This document shows positions 25,571 to 39,625 of a stretch of DNA of 64,000 nt, in pieces (position 1 is the stretch's first letter; each line of letters starts with the position of its first letter). A program made the position numbers and the translations under genes. The notes below the pieces were generated by a model. It ran no database searches, was not told the DNA's origin, and saw only the letters and a list, made by a program, of their open reading frames with translations. Source of the DNA: Octopus sinensis (taxonomy: Eukaryota); the NCBI RefSeq assembly GCF_006345805.1, contig NC_042999.1, positions 112,034,001 to 112,098,000 on the forward strand, in the 5' to 3' direction.

Positions 25571-26989
25571 CACTGAACAGCAAAAGAAATACGAGACGTG
25601 TGTGATTGTGAAATATGTTTTAATTTCTTTATGTCAGAGATAAATTTTGATAGATCTGAAAAAGTCAATTTCTTGGATGCACTTTGACCACAGTCTATGG
25701 GTCATTGTTATGTGTTCTGGTGACATGTTCAATACTGTCTATGCCCTACCTGGGCTTTCAAAACGGCCATACACCGTCGGTACATGGAGTGCATGGGACG
25801 GTTCACAAAATCCATTGGCACCTGTGCTCACACCCTGAGGAAAGCTGCCTCCAGTTCCACACAAGTTGTCGGCCTTGGGTCCACCTGATTCAGCCGTCTC
25901 TGGATTTCATCGCACAGATGTTCAATTGGGATCAAATCCGGGCTGAGAGTCGGCCACGGTATGGTTCTGATATTGTGCTGATGGAGGAAGTTCATGATAA
26001 CCCTGGCAGGGTGGGAAGGAGTATTGTCCTGCTGGAACACGTGGCTATGTTATGCGCGAAAAAAGGCACAATGTGAGGTCACCGTAGCGCTGCGCTGTGA
26101 TACCATCCCCTCTGTCTGCACCAACATTTTGGAACACATGGGGTCCAATTCTCTGATTCAGTCTTATAGCACCCAAACCATGATGTTTTGGCCACCCCAC
26201 GCAGCTCTCTCCATGATACATGCGTCTCTGTAGCGTTCACTCCTCCTACGCCACACCCTGACTCTGCCATCCGAGGTGGTAACGCAGTACCGGCTCTCGT
26301 CAGAGAAGACTATCGACCGCCATTGTTGATGCCGCCAATGTCGGTGCTCTGTAGCCCACTGTAGTCATGCCTGAAGGTGGCAGGCAATGAGGATAGGCTC
26401 AAGAGCAGGACGACGGCAACACAGGCTGTTGGCAGCCAGTCGACGTCGTCCCGTGTCGTCGCTGTCCAATGCCAATGGCCGCAGAAACTGTCATGCTGGC
26501 TGGTCTGAAGCGATCACGGAGGTACTGCAGGTGGATGAAGCAGTCCTGCCTATGCGCGGTCACTCGGAGGCGCCCTCTACAGTGCAGTTGGTGTTGTTGT
26601 ATCGCTGTTGCAGGCGATAGATGGTGCTGACATGGACATGGTAAGCTTGCGCAAAAACCAGGGCACGTTGCCCTGCTTGCAATGTGCTACGGACAATCGG
26701 CTCATGCCATATGCGCCCAAATTACAAATGTCAGGAATGCGATCTCCACGAGATGCACGTGCATTTCCGTTTTCATGACAATTGTTTGCGACTGCCGACC
26801 ACGGCATACAACGCAGCTGCATTTTGACGTCTCATTTCAGAGAAAGTTGAAAGGTTACTTGCAATTTGGGTCTCAGCCATAAACCAGCATGTCTTGGAAT
26901 ATTTACACTTATATCCCCGAAATAAATTTTCAGAATTTACCATATAAAAATGACATTTGAAAAAGTCGCGTTTCTTTTGCCGTTCAGTA
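25571..26989 (-). mobile_element. Full-length Tc1 (DD34E) transposon with disrupted transposase
   Basis: TIRs CACTGAACAGCAAAAGAAA and reverse-complement TACTGAACGGCAAAAGAAA. Motifs include FSDESRY and QQDNTPSH..WPTLSPDLIPIE, with 34 residues between D and E. Confidence 0.92.
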
Positions 26990-27150
26990 TATTTAAATGA
27001 TAAAATTCTTGGAAGTTTTACAGATTTTTCAGTTCCGGTGATGGATTCGGTCTGTAGTCTACAAATTAGCTTTCTCCTTTCTGGTTTTGAGAAGCTTAAC
27101 TTCTCAAGATTGGTATTTAGGCAGTGCATTACATATCCCATGTATGTATG

Positions 27151-27201
<51 letters not shown>

Positions 27202-27309
27202 GTAAAAAAAATACAAACTGGGACAAGAACGTAAAACATTTAGAAGACGATACAAAACACACGGACGGACTATGCTTATATATGAATGAATGTATGTATG
27301 TATGTATGT

Positions 27310-27550
27310 TATGCACTAGGGTCGATGTAACCGACTTAATCCATTTGTCTGTCCTTGTTTGTCCCCTCTATGTTTAGCCCCCTGTGGGCAATAAAGAAAT
27401 AAGAAACGTTAGCACTTTGCCTTTCATCCTTTAGGGGTCGATTAAATAAGTACCAGTTATGCACTGGGATCGATGTAACCGACCTAATCCGTTTGTCTGT
27501 CCTTGTTTGTCCCTTCTATGTTTAGCCCCTTGTGGACCATAAAGAAATAA
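27310..27550 (+). mobile_element. Two tandem SINE family B 3' halves
   Basis: GTCGATGTAACCGAC..GTTTAGCCCC.TGTGG..ATAAAGAAATAAGA occurs twice. Confidence 0.8.
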
Positions 27551-29007
27551 GATATCCAGAGTGTATGGTAAGTCACATGTTTGGGAGTTATGAATACAAT
27601 CTTAGGCATGTCTCTGTCTTATTAGACCTCCTCAACTAAGCACAGTTCCCTCAAGTACGACTAATAAATGTACTATTTCTCTGAAAGTAATTCAATAATT
27701 AAGTAAATTTAAATAATGAAAATGGAAAATATCCCAAGGGTGTCATTTGCATTACAATCAAATAGCTTCATGCATGCTTAACATACATAATGCAGAATTT
27801 ATTGCTTTCTAATCAACTGAAATTATAACTGTAATGAGAAGGAAAGTCATTAACATTAATGTAAATTACTCTCAGAAACTGCAAGGGAGAAAACTTTAAA
27901 AATTGGAAAGGAATATATATACAGGAGATAGGGAGTAACAGCTTTGGAAATGTTTCAGCAGTAAAATGGAAAGGTCTCAGCAGTAAAATGTAGTGAATTC
28001 AAAACTACTCTACAGAAAGAACACCTGGAAAATTTTCAATCATTTTATTCTAATTTACCTAAGTAGTAAATAATTTTCATAAAAGTGTCAATCGTTCTGA
28101 TCTATTGGCAACTGTGAGTAGACTATATATTTCTATGAAAGCTCAATAAAACCGATTAATATTGCTGAAGTTTTCGACGTAGCTATCTAACATCAAACTA
28201 ACTCAGCAACAGCAGAGCTCCAATCAATTTTTTGTCAAATGAAATTTGGAGAACTGTTTCACTTGTCCCTTTGTAGAGTAATATTCATTAACGCTAGTAA
28301 CTTTCCTTCTGTTATGGTTTAATTTCAGTTGATTAACAGTGAATTTCAGATTACCATACTGAGTATGTTTATCTCTACATAATAGGTTTAGACTAACTAC
28401 ATTGAGACAATTCATGGTATGTATATATTAAAACAAAATGCATAACAATTACTAGGACATATACATGTGTCTCAAGAAATCACATGTTAAATGTGTGAAG
28501 TGCAAATATAAGTTAAAACGTCACAAAATTCGTTCTCCTATATATCTGTTGATTACAAATAGCATGATTCAACAGATTCAGAAGTATCTGTCTCAAATGC
28601 AGAAAATATATAATTATTCCTCAAAATACATCCGGAGTGTATCTCAAAAGCAAAACTCTAGAAGTCAATGAGCAATTTAGCTAGTTTCTTATTGGCCAGG
28701 TCATATTTACAGAATGAACCGTTTCAGTGACATTGTATCTCATTGGTGCAAAGCAGTTTAGAAGTCTGCTATTCATATTTGAAAAGAATTGTGAGAGAAA
28801 AATAGTGACAGAGATTGTAATGTTTCACAAAGATAAAACAGTATGGTTCTCACTTCCTTTCACATTACATAGAGAGGAAGGTAAATTCACTTGCAGATTT
28901 AGACTTGTTAAAACAATCTCAAGGTATCTTCTGCTGACGTTGGAAGCAAGCCATTCTTCAATAATGCCCTTTTAATTTTTTTACAGGAAAAATTTGTTTC
29001 TAATTAT

Positions 29008-29073
<66 letters not shown>

Positions 29074-31215
29074 CACATGTGCACATACACATTGTTTATA
29101 CAAAAGCTTCTATGTTTTTTACTTATCGGTCTGCAAATAATGTCCACTTGCAGACAATGCTTGTAGTTAGTGAAGAACTTCACCATATGCTCAGCTGGGA
29201 CTTCTTTCACTTAGTGAGCCTTTTTTTAATTGGTTTTCATTTTCTTTGCCAGGGAGACAAATCTTGATTGAAATTTATTTCCTTTCATGCTAGTATATTA
29301 ATTCAACAGAAAACATATTTTTCCTTAATTTTTAATTTTTCAACGTCAATATTTTAAATTCTGAATATATACAGACAGAACGGTTTTGATGTAACCATAT
29401 TTCATCAGTGCAAAGCAATTTATAGTTACATCAATCATTATCATTATTTTATGCCTGATTTCTATGCTGCCATATATTGGTTGGGCAATCATGGTCCACA
29501 TCATTTTTTTTTTGGTGTTACTTATGTTTCATTTTTTTGTTTTGATTTCTACAATTGAATGCCTTTCCTATCACCAGTTAAATTTCATCATGGCACCAAG
29601 TTGTCATGTTTTTAACACAACTAAAGAATCTTTGTGATACCTTGTTTAATTGCACAAATAAATTAATGATGTATTAAATTCATTAATGATCCATTGATTA
29701 TATTTGGGAGAATTAAGAAAAAATAGAAATAGATAGAGATAGATAAAAATATTTGTTAAAAAGTAACATTTGTGAGTTCGTTTCTGATCAAATAGAGAGG
29801 AAAAGAGAAACACAAATGTCTGAGACAAATGAATGCTTTCATACATATACACTAAATTCTTCAGAGTTTGTTGGTTCTAACTTTGCTTTTTACACTCTTG
29901 ACTATGATATAAACTATTTTACCAAGCAACCCAATAAAAGCATTGCTTTCTCATTGACCAGCAAACAGGAAAGCGTAAGACCATGTGAAAATACTTCCTT
30001 TTGTTTGACAAATACAGGGTAGAGATTTGCATTAATTTATTTTGCAAACCAGTTTTCTACATTTTTTTTAAGTGTTAAAAGAATAAAGAATGTTTTTATT
30101 TACTATGCCACAATTCTGTTTTAATCTAACTTATAAAATATCTATGACTGTTAGATCAACATTTAGCTTTGTCTTTTAAGAAATGTAAACCCAAATAGCT
30201 TTGCACTGCCTGTCTGATTCAAACATCACTAAAAGCTAAAAGGGGAATTTTTTTTCCTTTATTTAGAATAACTTATGACAAAATAAACCAAAAGAAATAT
30301 TAAAAATACAATGAAAAATATATATTAATATGATTAATAGTAAAATAGATTTAAAACAAAATTCAATAAAGCAACAAATGAATAAAAAATAAAATTCCTA
30401 AGATAGAAAGGTCTTTAGAGAAATTAACTGTCCAAGAAATCAGTAAGACGTGTGTGTTATCTTGAAAAAGAAAGAGATAGTTGGTGTTATATCTATTTCA
30501 TAATATATAAGAAATTGCTTCTTTCAGCAAAACTTACTTATTTTTTAGTTCAGAAAAATAAAAGTAATAGATGAAAAATAGAAAAAAAAACTACAGAAAA
30601 GAAAAAAGTATTCTTTCATCATATTTACTGTTCCAGTGATTTGGACCTGGAATCTATTTTTTTAATTGTTTCTATATTTGCTGTTAATGTTTTTCAAATT
30701 TTTATAAACCATATTTTTTCTATCTTTAAAATATCATACACACATATATAGATACATACATATATAAATGTGTGTGTGTTTGCACGTGTGTGTGTATGTA
30801 TATGTATACACACACACACATACACAGATATACATACACACACATAAACAGACAATAACAAACATACAGACAGGTACAAAGAAAGAAGACAGCAAAACAG
30901 TCCAATGTTGGTGCTGGAGGTTAAAAAGAAAGATTTGGAGAAATGATTAAGAAAAGCTGAATCAAAGCAATATCTTCAGATGATTGAAGTCAATCTATGA
31001 GAAAATTTTTCCAAGAAGACATAGAAAACAGTGCAAATTTTGGTTGGGTTTCAGAAGTATTGTTTGATAAACCTAGTATCCATGCCAATCCATTTGAGGG
31101 CCACAGATTGACTTTCAGGCTAAATAGCAGGTTAGATGAAAATCAGATACAATAGGTGCCGCAATTTTTCATCCACCTTTTATAATGATGCATACACATA
31201 ACCACAAAAACTCAC

Positions 31216-31275
31216 CTCTATCAAAATACAGTCCCACATGAACACACAGCCTTGCACACTTGCATGTGTGGTAAG
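31216..31275 (-). CDS. Candidate 60-nt host exon, followed by a candidate 96-bp intron (31120-31215)
   Basis: TTCTAG acceptor and GAG|GTGAGT donor, with frame LTTHASVQGCVFMWDCILIE. The downstream intron has CTAAC and ends in TTTAG. Protein not recognised. Confidence 0.3.
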
Positions 31276-31609
31276 CTAGAATATATTACAGTAGCATACA
31301 TAAATATCTATGTGTATATTATGCATATGAATACATGTATATGCTTGCACTTATACAATATAAGCATGTATATGTACATGAACATGCTCATAAATATATA
31401 AGTGTGTATGTATGTATGCATTTATGTATGTATGTATGTATGTATGTATGTGTAGAAACATACACACATTCATGCAAATGCATCACAGACAAATACAATA
31501 ATACAATACATATGTATGTATATCTATATCTATATATATTATATATATATATATATTTATTTATTTATATGTATGTATGTATGTATATGCATGTATGTAT
31601 ATATGTGTG

Positions 31610-31641
<32 letters not shown>

Positions 31642-32749
31642 ATATATGTATGTATAAATATATATGAGTGTGTCTATGTGTATGTTTATGTGTAAATTCA
31701 TATGTTTATACATATATATATATGCACACATAAAAATATCTGTCTACATGTGCATATGTATGAGTGCATATGTTAGTATTTCTATAATTTTCAAACTCAT
31801 GTGGATAGATTTATAGTCTAAAGAAGGAAAAAGAAGTTAGCTGTAGAAGAGTAGATATATAAGAAAGCTAAAAATAGAGGTGGAAATAAAGAAAACTTTG
31901 AGCAGATAAGACTATATACATTTATAAAGACATATATGTATGTTTGTGAGTGAGAGAGGGAGAGAGAGAGAGAGATAGAGCGAGAGCATCTACACAGATA
32001 AAGAAGAGATGTGTTTATATATATATATACATACATACATGAATACATACATACCTAGATAGATAGATATTTACATATATATATATATATATTTATATGA
32101 ATATATATTTATGTTGAGATATATATATGTTTATATAAATATGTATATTTATGTAAAGATATATATGATTATAAATATATAAATAGTGTGTGTTTCTGCA
32201 TATATACAAATATATATATGTATGTGTGTATATATATATATGTGTGTGTGTGGGTGTGTGTGGGTGTGTGTATGCATACATACATATATATATATATTCA
32301 CACATATATATATATATTTGATTTGATCATGAGGAAATTGCGTTTAGAATTTAAGTTCTCACAGAAACAACTTTGTAACACTGCTATGTTCCTAGTAGCT
32401 TAAGACACTCTTTGTTTTTATTTTAATCTTTTTTTTCTTGAATTTAGGAAGACTCAATAACATAATTATCGTGAGTGATAATACAGTACATACTTCTAGC
32501 ATCAATGTGATTTATATAAGTTTTAAATTCAGAAATTAAAGTTAATACATCAAATTTATTTAAAAGTATATTCAATTTAATTTTAGTTTTAGATTGACTA
32601 TTTTCATGTTAGTATGAACTGAGTTAGTATAAACTGAATATTTGTGTATATCTTTGTGCCAAAAGGTTCTTTGGATCTAAACCAAACCAACAATGAGATG
32701 GGAACAGTTCCAATTTCAAGTCAATAAAGGTGTTTCTATGTGCAAGGTG

Positions 32750-32945
32750 TTTCTTGACAACCGATGCTAGTGTGTTTACGCCCCCGTAACTTAGAGGTTC
32801 ACCAAAAGAGACTGATAAAATAAGTACTAGGCTTACAAAGAATAAGTCCTGGGGTTGATTTGCTCGACTAAAGACGGTGCTCCAGCATGGCCACAGTCAA
32901 ACCACTGAAAAAAGTAAAAGAGTAAAAAGAGTAAAAAGAGTATTG
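32750..32945 (+). mobile_element. SINE family A 3' half
   Basis: CTTGACAACCGATGCTAGTGTGTTTACG..AAGTAAAAGAG tail. Confidence 0.8.
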
Positions 32946-34296
32946 CAATCAATAAAAAAATATTTGACGTAAATTGGATTAATATAAAAAAAAAATAAAA
33001 AGTAGGATGACAGGCAAATTCGACTTCATTGGGATTTTAGCTCAGATCTGAGTCAGAATATATACCATGAGGCATTGTATTCAAATCTCTGACAGCTCTG
33101 CAAATTCAGTTTTCATGTGCCAGGTAACACATTGATCTATGTTTTTTTCATCACAGGGCACAACAAACATAGCTGGCATTTTATAGGAAGTGGGTATGAT
33201 GAACAATATCAGCCCCAGACCATTACTAGTATTTATTTTAGCTAACAAGGGATCCTAGACCCTAGACATAGTTGGTCATCCTGAAAAATGTATCAGCTAA
33301 ATCTCCCTTGATCATTTTTATTAAAGGAGGCAAAGTCAGAATTCATGACCATTTATTTTTTTCAGGATCTCCAAGACACATTGATGAGGAAAGAAGGATG
33401 TTATTCATTAACTGACGACCTGGCTCCAAATACTTGTAACTACACTAAGGTCAGCCAAAGTAATGGTGTTAAAAACCAGACAACATATTAAGTATACTGC
33501 CCAAGAACTTTGATCAAATACCACTAGACATCTCATTCAACAGTTTAACAATTATGGCAGTCTACTATTCCAGATTGATACTTTATTTTACAGCTCCAAA
33601 ATAAAGAAGAGCAAATTTGACTTCAGCAGGATTTGAACTCAGAATGCAGAGAGCTGGAACAAATACAACAGGGCATTTTGTTTTATACATTCATAACTTT
33701 ACCAATTTGCAATCTGAGACATTATACACAAACATCTTCAAAAAGGAAAGGATACGTTAAATAATGTATTCCAAAATATCAAATACTTTAGAAAATGACA
33801 TGGTGAGGTTATGATATCTTCGATAGTAAGTCAGCACAATCAGAACTGGTCTGGGATGAACCACAACTAGCATTTATTTTATTAGCTCAGAAAATATATA
33901 CACCAAAGTAAATCCTGATTAGATGTGAACTCAAAGTGAACTGAATCACACTAGATAATACTTTATTATATTTTACTGATTTTGCTGACTCCATCTGGTT
34001 GACCACAATAACTAATGCAAATCAGTACCTGTTCAACTTAAACTTTCAGTCTTACACTTTCTAGTAAAATAAGAACTGAAATGCAATTTCAGTGTGTGCA
34101 GTGATGGTGGATGATGGCCGGGATGGTGGGGGGAGGATAACTAGAATATGTTTTATATATTAAATTACTGAAATACCTCAAAACATTTAATTGGCAATAA
34201 TGTCTCTGCCAAATGTTTACCAGTGTTACATGGCAATAATAACAAGCATAAGAAACCCAAGAACAAAATTTCACTATGAAAATAAAATTAGTATCA

Positions 34297-35474
34297 TATT
34301 AGAATGTAAAGTACTGGCTGGCAGATTCATTACAATGCTGGATAAAATGTTTATCAGCATTTCTTCTGGCTCTTTATGTTCTGAGTTCAAATCCTGCCAA
34401 GGTCAATTTTGTTTTTCATCCTACCAGGTATCAATAAAATAAGTACCAGTTCAGCACTGGGACCAATGTATTCAACTTACCTTCTACCCTAAAATTACTA
34501 GCCTTGTGCCATAATTTGAGACCATAATTATACTAGAATGTAAGGCAGCAAGCTGGCAGAATCATTAGCACGCCAAGCAAAATGCTCAGAAACATTTGTC
34601 TGTCTTTACATTCTGAGTTCAAATTCTACTAAGGTGAATTTTGCCTTTCCTCCTTCTATGGTCGCTAAAAAGAAATACCATTTGGACACTGGAGTCAATA
34701 TAATTGACTATCCCCTGTCCCCAAAAATTGCTGACCTTGTGCCAAAATTTGAAACCAGTATTATACTAGAATGTAAGGCAGCAAGCTGGCAGAATCATTA
34801 GCACGCCAAGCAAAATGCTCAGAAACATTTGTCTGTCTTTACATTCTGAGTTCAAATTCTACTAAGGTGAATTTTGCCTTTCCTCCTTCTATGGTCGCTA
34901 AAAAGAAATACCATTTGGACACTGGAGTCAATATAATTGACTATCCCCTGTCCCCAAAAATTGCTGACCTTGTGCCAAAATTTGAAACCAGTATTATACT
35001 AGAATGTAAGGCAGCAAGCTGGCAGAATCATTAGCACGCCAAGCAAAATGCTCAGAAACATTTGTCTGTCTTTACATTCTGAGTTCAAATTCTACTAAGG
35101 TGAATTTTGCCTTTCCTCCTTCTATGGTCGCTAAAAAGAAATACCATTTGGACACTGGAGTCAATATAATTGACTATCCCCTGTCCCCAAAAATTGCTGA
35201 CCTTGTGCCAAAATTTGAAACCAGTATTATACTAGAATGTAAGGCAGCAAGCTGGCAGAATCATTAGCACGCCAAGCAAAATGCTCAGAAACATTTGTCT
35301 GTCTTTACATTCTGAGTTCAAATTCTACTAAGGTGAATTTTGCCTTTCCTCCTTCTATGGTCGCTAAAAAGAAATACCATTTGGACACTGGAGTCAATAT
35401 AATTGACTATCCCCTGTCCCCAAAAATTGCTGACCTTGTGCCAAAATTTGAAACCAGTATTATACTAGAATGTA
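34297..35474 (+). repeat. SINE family B tandem array: one diverged copy plus 4 apparently identical 233-bp units
   Basis: TACTAGAATGTAA recurs at 34531, 34764, 34997, 35230 and 35463. Confidence 0.95.
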
Positions 35475-35820
35475 ATGTAAAGTCCCCCTTCAATCATGGT
35501 TGACCATGGGATTGCACCTAGAAAGTTCCCCTCTGGGGCACAAGTCTGCGCAAGATTGTTTTGGTGGAAGACCAGCAGTCATCCATGCATACTAGCCTCC
35601 TCTCTCAGTGCCACCAATGTTATCCAGGGGAAAGACAAATGCCAGTACAGCTTGGCACCAGTGATGTCACAACTCATTTCTACAGCTGAGTTTTTTTAGA
35701 GCAACATGAAATAAAGTGTCTTGCTTAAGAACACAGTACACAGTCTGATCTGGGAATCAAACTCATAACCTCATGATTGTAAGCCCAATGCTCTGACCAC
35801 TGACCCATGCATCTTCACAA
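35475..35820 (-). mobile_element. tRNA-headed SINE family D
   Basis: The reverse strand has a tRNA-like head and GTGTTCTTAAGCAAGACACTTTATTTCA..CTCAGCTGTAGAAATGAG, homologous to 38538-38820. Confidence 0.7.
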
Positions 35821-36221
35821 GAATGTAGTAAATAGGACAAAATACACTTAGAATATCAGAAACGTTATTTGTCAGGAGACAAAATACAATTTAGTTTTCA
35901 GAAACATTAAAAATTATTCCAAAAATGATTTAGCAGAAACGCCTAGTAAATTAAAAGCCTCTTAGCTGGCTATAATACTAAACAAAAGTTCTTCTTGCTG
36001 TTAAATGTTTATAAATATCCACAATTGTGATAATATTGGTACCAACAGTATAACAGGAATGTTGACTTCTCTTTCATCTCATTGAAACATCTGCAAGAGA
36101 TTGACCACCCTCCCCACCACTCTCACACACACACACACCCAGATAGAATTTTGACAATGAGTGATGATTTCTTCTAACATCTGGCAGCCTAACTTGGTTT
36201 CAAAAATAATACTAGTATTAC

Positions 36222-36276
<55 letters not shown>

Positions 36277-36339
36277 CTGGTGCTGCTGATGTTTAACTCC
36301 AGGTCAGCTCTGATTGAGCAGACCTACAACAGAGACTGT

Positions 36340-36560
36340 CTCCTTTTCGTACTTTGTTCTTTTGGTGGGAACATCTAGAACTAGGACTACATTATATAAT
36401 GTGTTCTTCTTTTTCTAAGACGGGAGTGTCATTTGAGAGAAATTTGGTTGCTATCTCTTGCAAGCTGAGTAAATGCCAATCAGCTTCTTCATTGTTTCAT
36501 TACTGTAGTAGTTCTGAAAGCAACTGCTGCTGTTGTTGTATAAATGCAGCAAGACAGAAT
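36340..36560 (-). mobile_element. Highly decayed RTE-type LINE C-terminal fragment
   Basis: Frameshifted resemblance to RR.KLIGHLLR..EIATKFL..GKRR. Confidence 0.35.
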
Positions 36561-36952
36561 GGTTAAGACGTTTGCTTCACAACCAGGAGGTTTGATCCTC
36601 CTTTGTAACATATTCAACAACATTTTTGAGTAAAGCTGAGTCAACAGATACTAGTCAGAAGCCATTGTATGGATCATAATTGTATTATACACACTGATTC
36701 TTCATACTGATTCTCCTTGAGAATTACATGAAGTTATACACATTAATTTAAAGAAATTATGATTCACATGAGCAAACAAATAAATACTCATCATCAAAAT
36801 CAATAGATGATCTGTTTAAGTTGTTGTTCTATAATTAAAATAGCAAATTCAAAACTATTCTTGTCTGGTTTGGCACTGGTGATTCAGTATCAAATATTCT
36901 TTCCTTGTTGCATTGGATTCAGCCTAGGGAATAATCTTCATTCAATGCATAC

Positions 36953-37026
36953 CTTTCCAAATATCCAGAAAGCTTGTGACCAGAAGAGGCCCAGATTTAT
37001 GGTTTTACTAGTTTTCTGGAGATAGC
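36953..37026 (-). CDS. Candidate 74-nt host exon
   Basis: Long U-rich tract ending TTTTAG|G and an AAG|GTATGC donor. Only one frame is open: (G)YLQKTSKTINLGLFWSQAFWIFGK. Protein not recognised. Confidence 0.3.
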
Positions 37027-38471
37027 CTAAATATATAATTAAAATATAAAATAAACTGAGAAAAGTAAAGGATTAAATTGTATTTAACAAATTCAAATGA
37101 ATACATTTCTAAAGAAGTCTGTTTGATATCTATTAATCCACTTAAAATTCTTAAACTATATCATATTGTAGCATGTATACAACATAAAGTTTAGAGGAGG
37201 AAAATTAAATGAAGAAAAGTAAAGAACATAATTATATTTAACAGATACAGGTACAAATTAATACACTTCTAAAGCAGAGTCTATTTAATCTTTATAAATA
37301 CATATACAACAGCAAAGAACAAAACCTTTTAAAACATTGTTTGCAAATTAATCAACTTCATAAACATAGTCTGTTTACTCAATACAGGATACAGTATATT
37401 GTATGATGTTACCCAGAAGCCAGTTCTAGAAGCCAGATAAGAGATCCATTACTGTATTGCAATTTACTATGACCACTCATATGTTAAAGTAAACTCTTAA
37501 CACTGTTTCTTTTTTGTAGTGGTTTCCCTCATGGCAGGATATGACTAACAAAAGGCCCCAAAAAATGGAAACTTTACATAATTTCTCAACCTTTCATAAA
37601 TTGCAGATAGACAAATTAATTGTACCTATTTTACAGTTAGACTAATTGAGTCAGTTAAGAATTAAGTATCTTGGTCATGTATAACCCAAATAAAGGTAGA
37701 ACCAATAAATATGGTTACCTGCTCTGCTAAAGCTTGTAGCAAAATTTCCCTCAAATCACATTCAACTGTTTTGAAGCACATTTTGAATACTGTGGTTCTG
37801 GATTCCCTGTGCATAGAAAAAAGACAAGATGGTCATGGCTGGAATGTCGTTGATCCCAGGTCTGTTCCATTAAGATTAATATGGGGTTAAGCAACCACCA
37901 CAGCAAAAACAATAACAGCTAACTAAAGCATGCAAACTATGGATCATTCAGTTAGCAATGGAAAACCTGACACAACAAGCAATGATTCTCTAAACATTAT
38001 AAAATATCATAATGATTACTGCATTATGTTTTTACTGTTATTATTTCACCTCAGTGAAGACTTGAATTACTTGATTTTGCCAAGATACAATGGACAGTTT
38101 GTGGTAGATAATAAACTAAGAATGCACACCTGAATTCAATATTTCATTCTCAGAGATAAACCAATGCCAAATGCCTAAAAGCCAAATAAATCTTTAATGA
38201 AAAAGTTTGGTTGTTATTTGAATCCTTTCTTGGAGACGATAGCAGCAGCAATGTTAGTGCTGGAAACTACTTCTGTAACAATTACAGAAGAGTGAGGAGT
38301 ATGTTGTTGCTATTCATATTTTAAGCTCCAGGTCAGTGCTGACTGTCCTGACCTATGGCATTTCAATGGTTAATTGTATGTTAAGTGCCAAGTCAACCAT
38401 GATTGAACAGTAAACTTATGATCTAAAACACTCTCCAACCATAACAAACCTGTTTTCACACATACACACAC

Positions 38472-38526
<55 letters not shown>

Positions 38527-38537
38527 GTCAAAGTGAA

Positions 38538-38880
38538 TAGCCTAATGGTTGGAGTATTGTAATCATGGTCGCCACATTGTGGGTTTGATTCCCAAACCAG
38601 GCTGTACATTGTGTTCTTGAGCAAAACACTGCATTCCCCATTGCTCAAGTTCACTCAGCTGTAAATAGATAACCCTGCAATGGAATACCATTCCAATCAG
38701 GGGCAATGTTGGCCTGTTTACTTAGCCAGCAGGATGACATTATTTGAAAGCTAAAACAATGTAAAACACATTGTGACCAGTGATGTATAACAATATCTGG
38801 TAGTTTGGTCAATACTATGACATACATACATACATACTTACATACATACATACATACATACATACACACATACATACATG
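38538..38880 (+). mobile_element. tRNA-headed SINE family D with (CATA)n tail
   Basis: tRNA-like boxes (TGGTTGGAG, GGTTTGATTCCC) and the central GTGTTCTTGAGCAAAACAC..CTCAGCTGTAAAT segment. Confidence 0.7.
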
Positions 38881-38934
38881 ATGGTTGCCAACTCGATTTC
38901 GAGTAGAGCCATTGCTTCATTTCCTTATGCCTCA

Positions 38935-39625
38935 GAATATCATCAATGAGCTGTACAAATATGACTTTTGAGGCCTGCCAAACACTTCCATGCTTTTTGA
39001 CAATTAGTGCAAGAAAACATGGTGATTGTAGTCTACAGTTCCATGAACTTTACTATGTCTTTTCAAGCCAATTTTTTATCTGCATACTTTATGACAGAGT
39101 ATGCATTCGAAATCATCTGTCTATAATCAATGTGCAGTTGTGCAATGTGTAATTTCACACGGCTCTTTATTCCAGCCTTACTAAGACAAATATTTCCAAA
39201 TTCAACGTACGATCATCACATTCATTAATGTCATTAATGCGTGTTAGAACATCATTCTTGACACTTTTTCTCATCTTTTTTTGATCTTTGCATGCTCCAT
39301 TCTCTTCTTTTCAAATTCATTTTTGCCTTCATACACAACTTATTTCCATTTTTTTCAGCAATGTGCTAAATCTTCCCAGTTGTCAATTGGAACATTTATC
39401 TTATTCAATCCCAACTTCAGACAATCTTTGTACCTCATCTTTGGTTTGTAGGATAGACACTTACCTGTCACTAATTCTCAGTAAAAAAATGTTGTTTAGG
39501 CATTCTGTCATCTGTCATTCTAAGTGTCCACTTCATCTCAATCTGTACTGCAATAGCAAAGCTTCAATACTGAAGCATTTACCTCTTTCAAGCATCTCAT
39601 TGTCACTCACAAACATTTTCCAGCA
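38935..39625 (-). mobile_element. RTE-clade LINE 3' fragment ending in tandem C2H2 zinc fingers
   Basis: SIEALLLQYRLR*SGH..MTDDRMPKQ..RYKDCLK..NWEDLA, then CLSKAGIKS, CILCHKVCR*KIGLKRHSKVH and CTNCQKAWKCLAGLKSHICTAH*. Confidence 0.8.
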
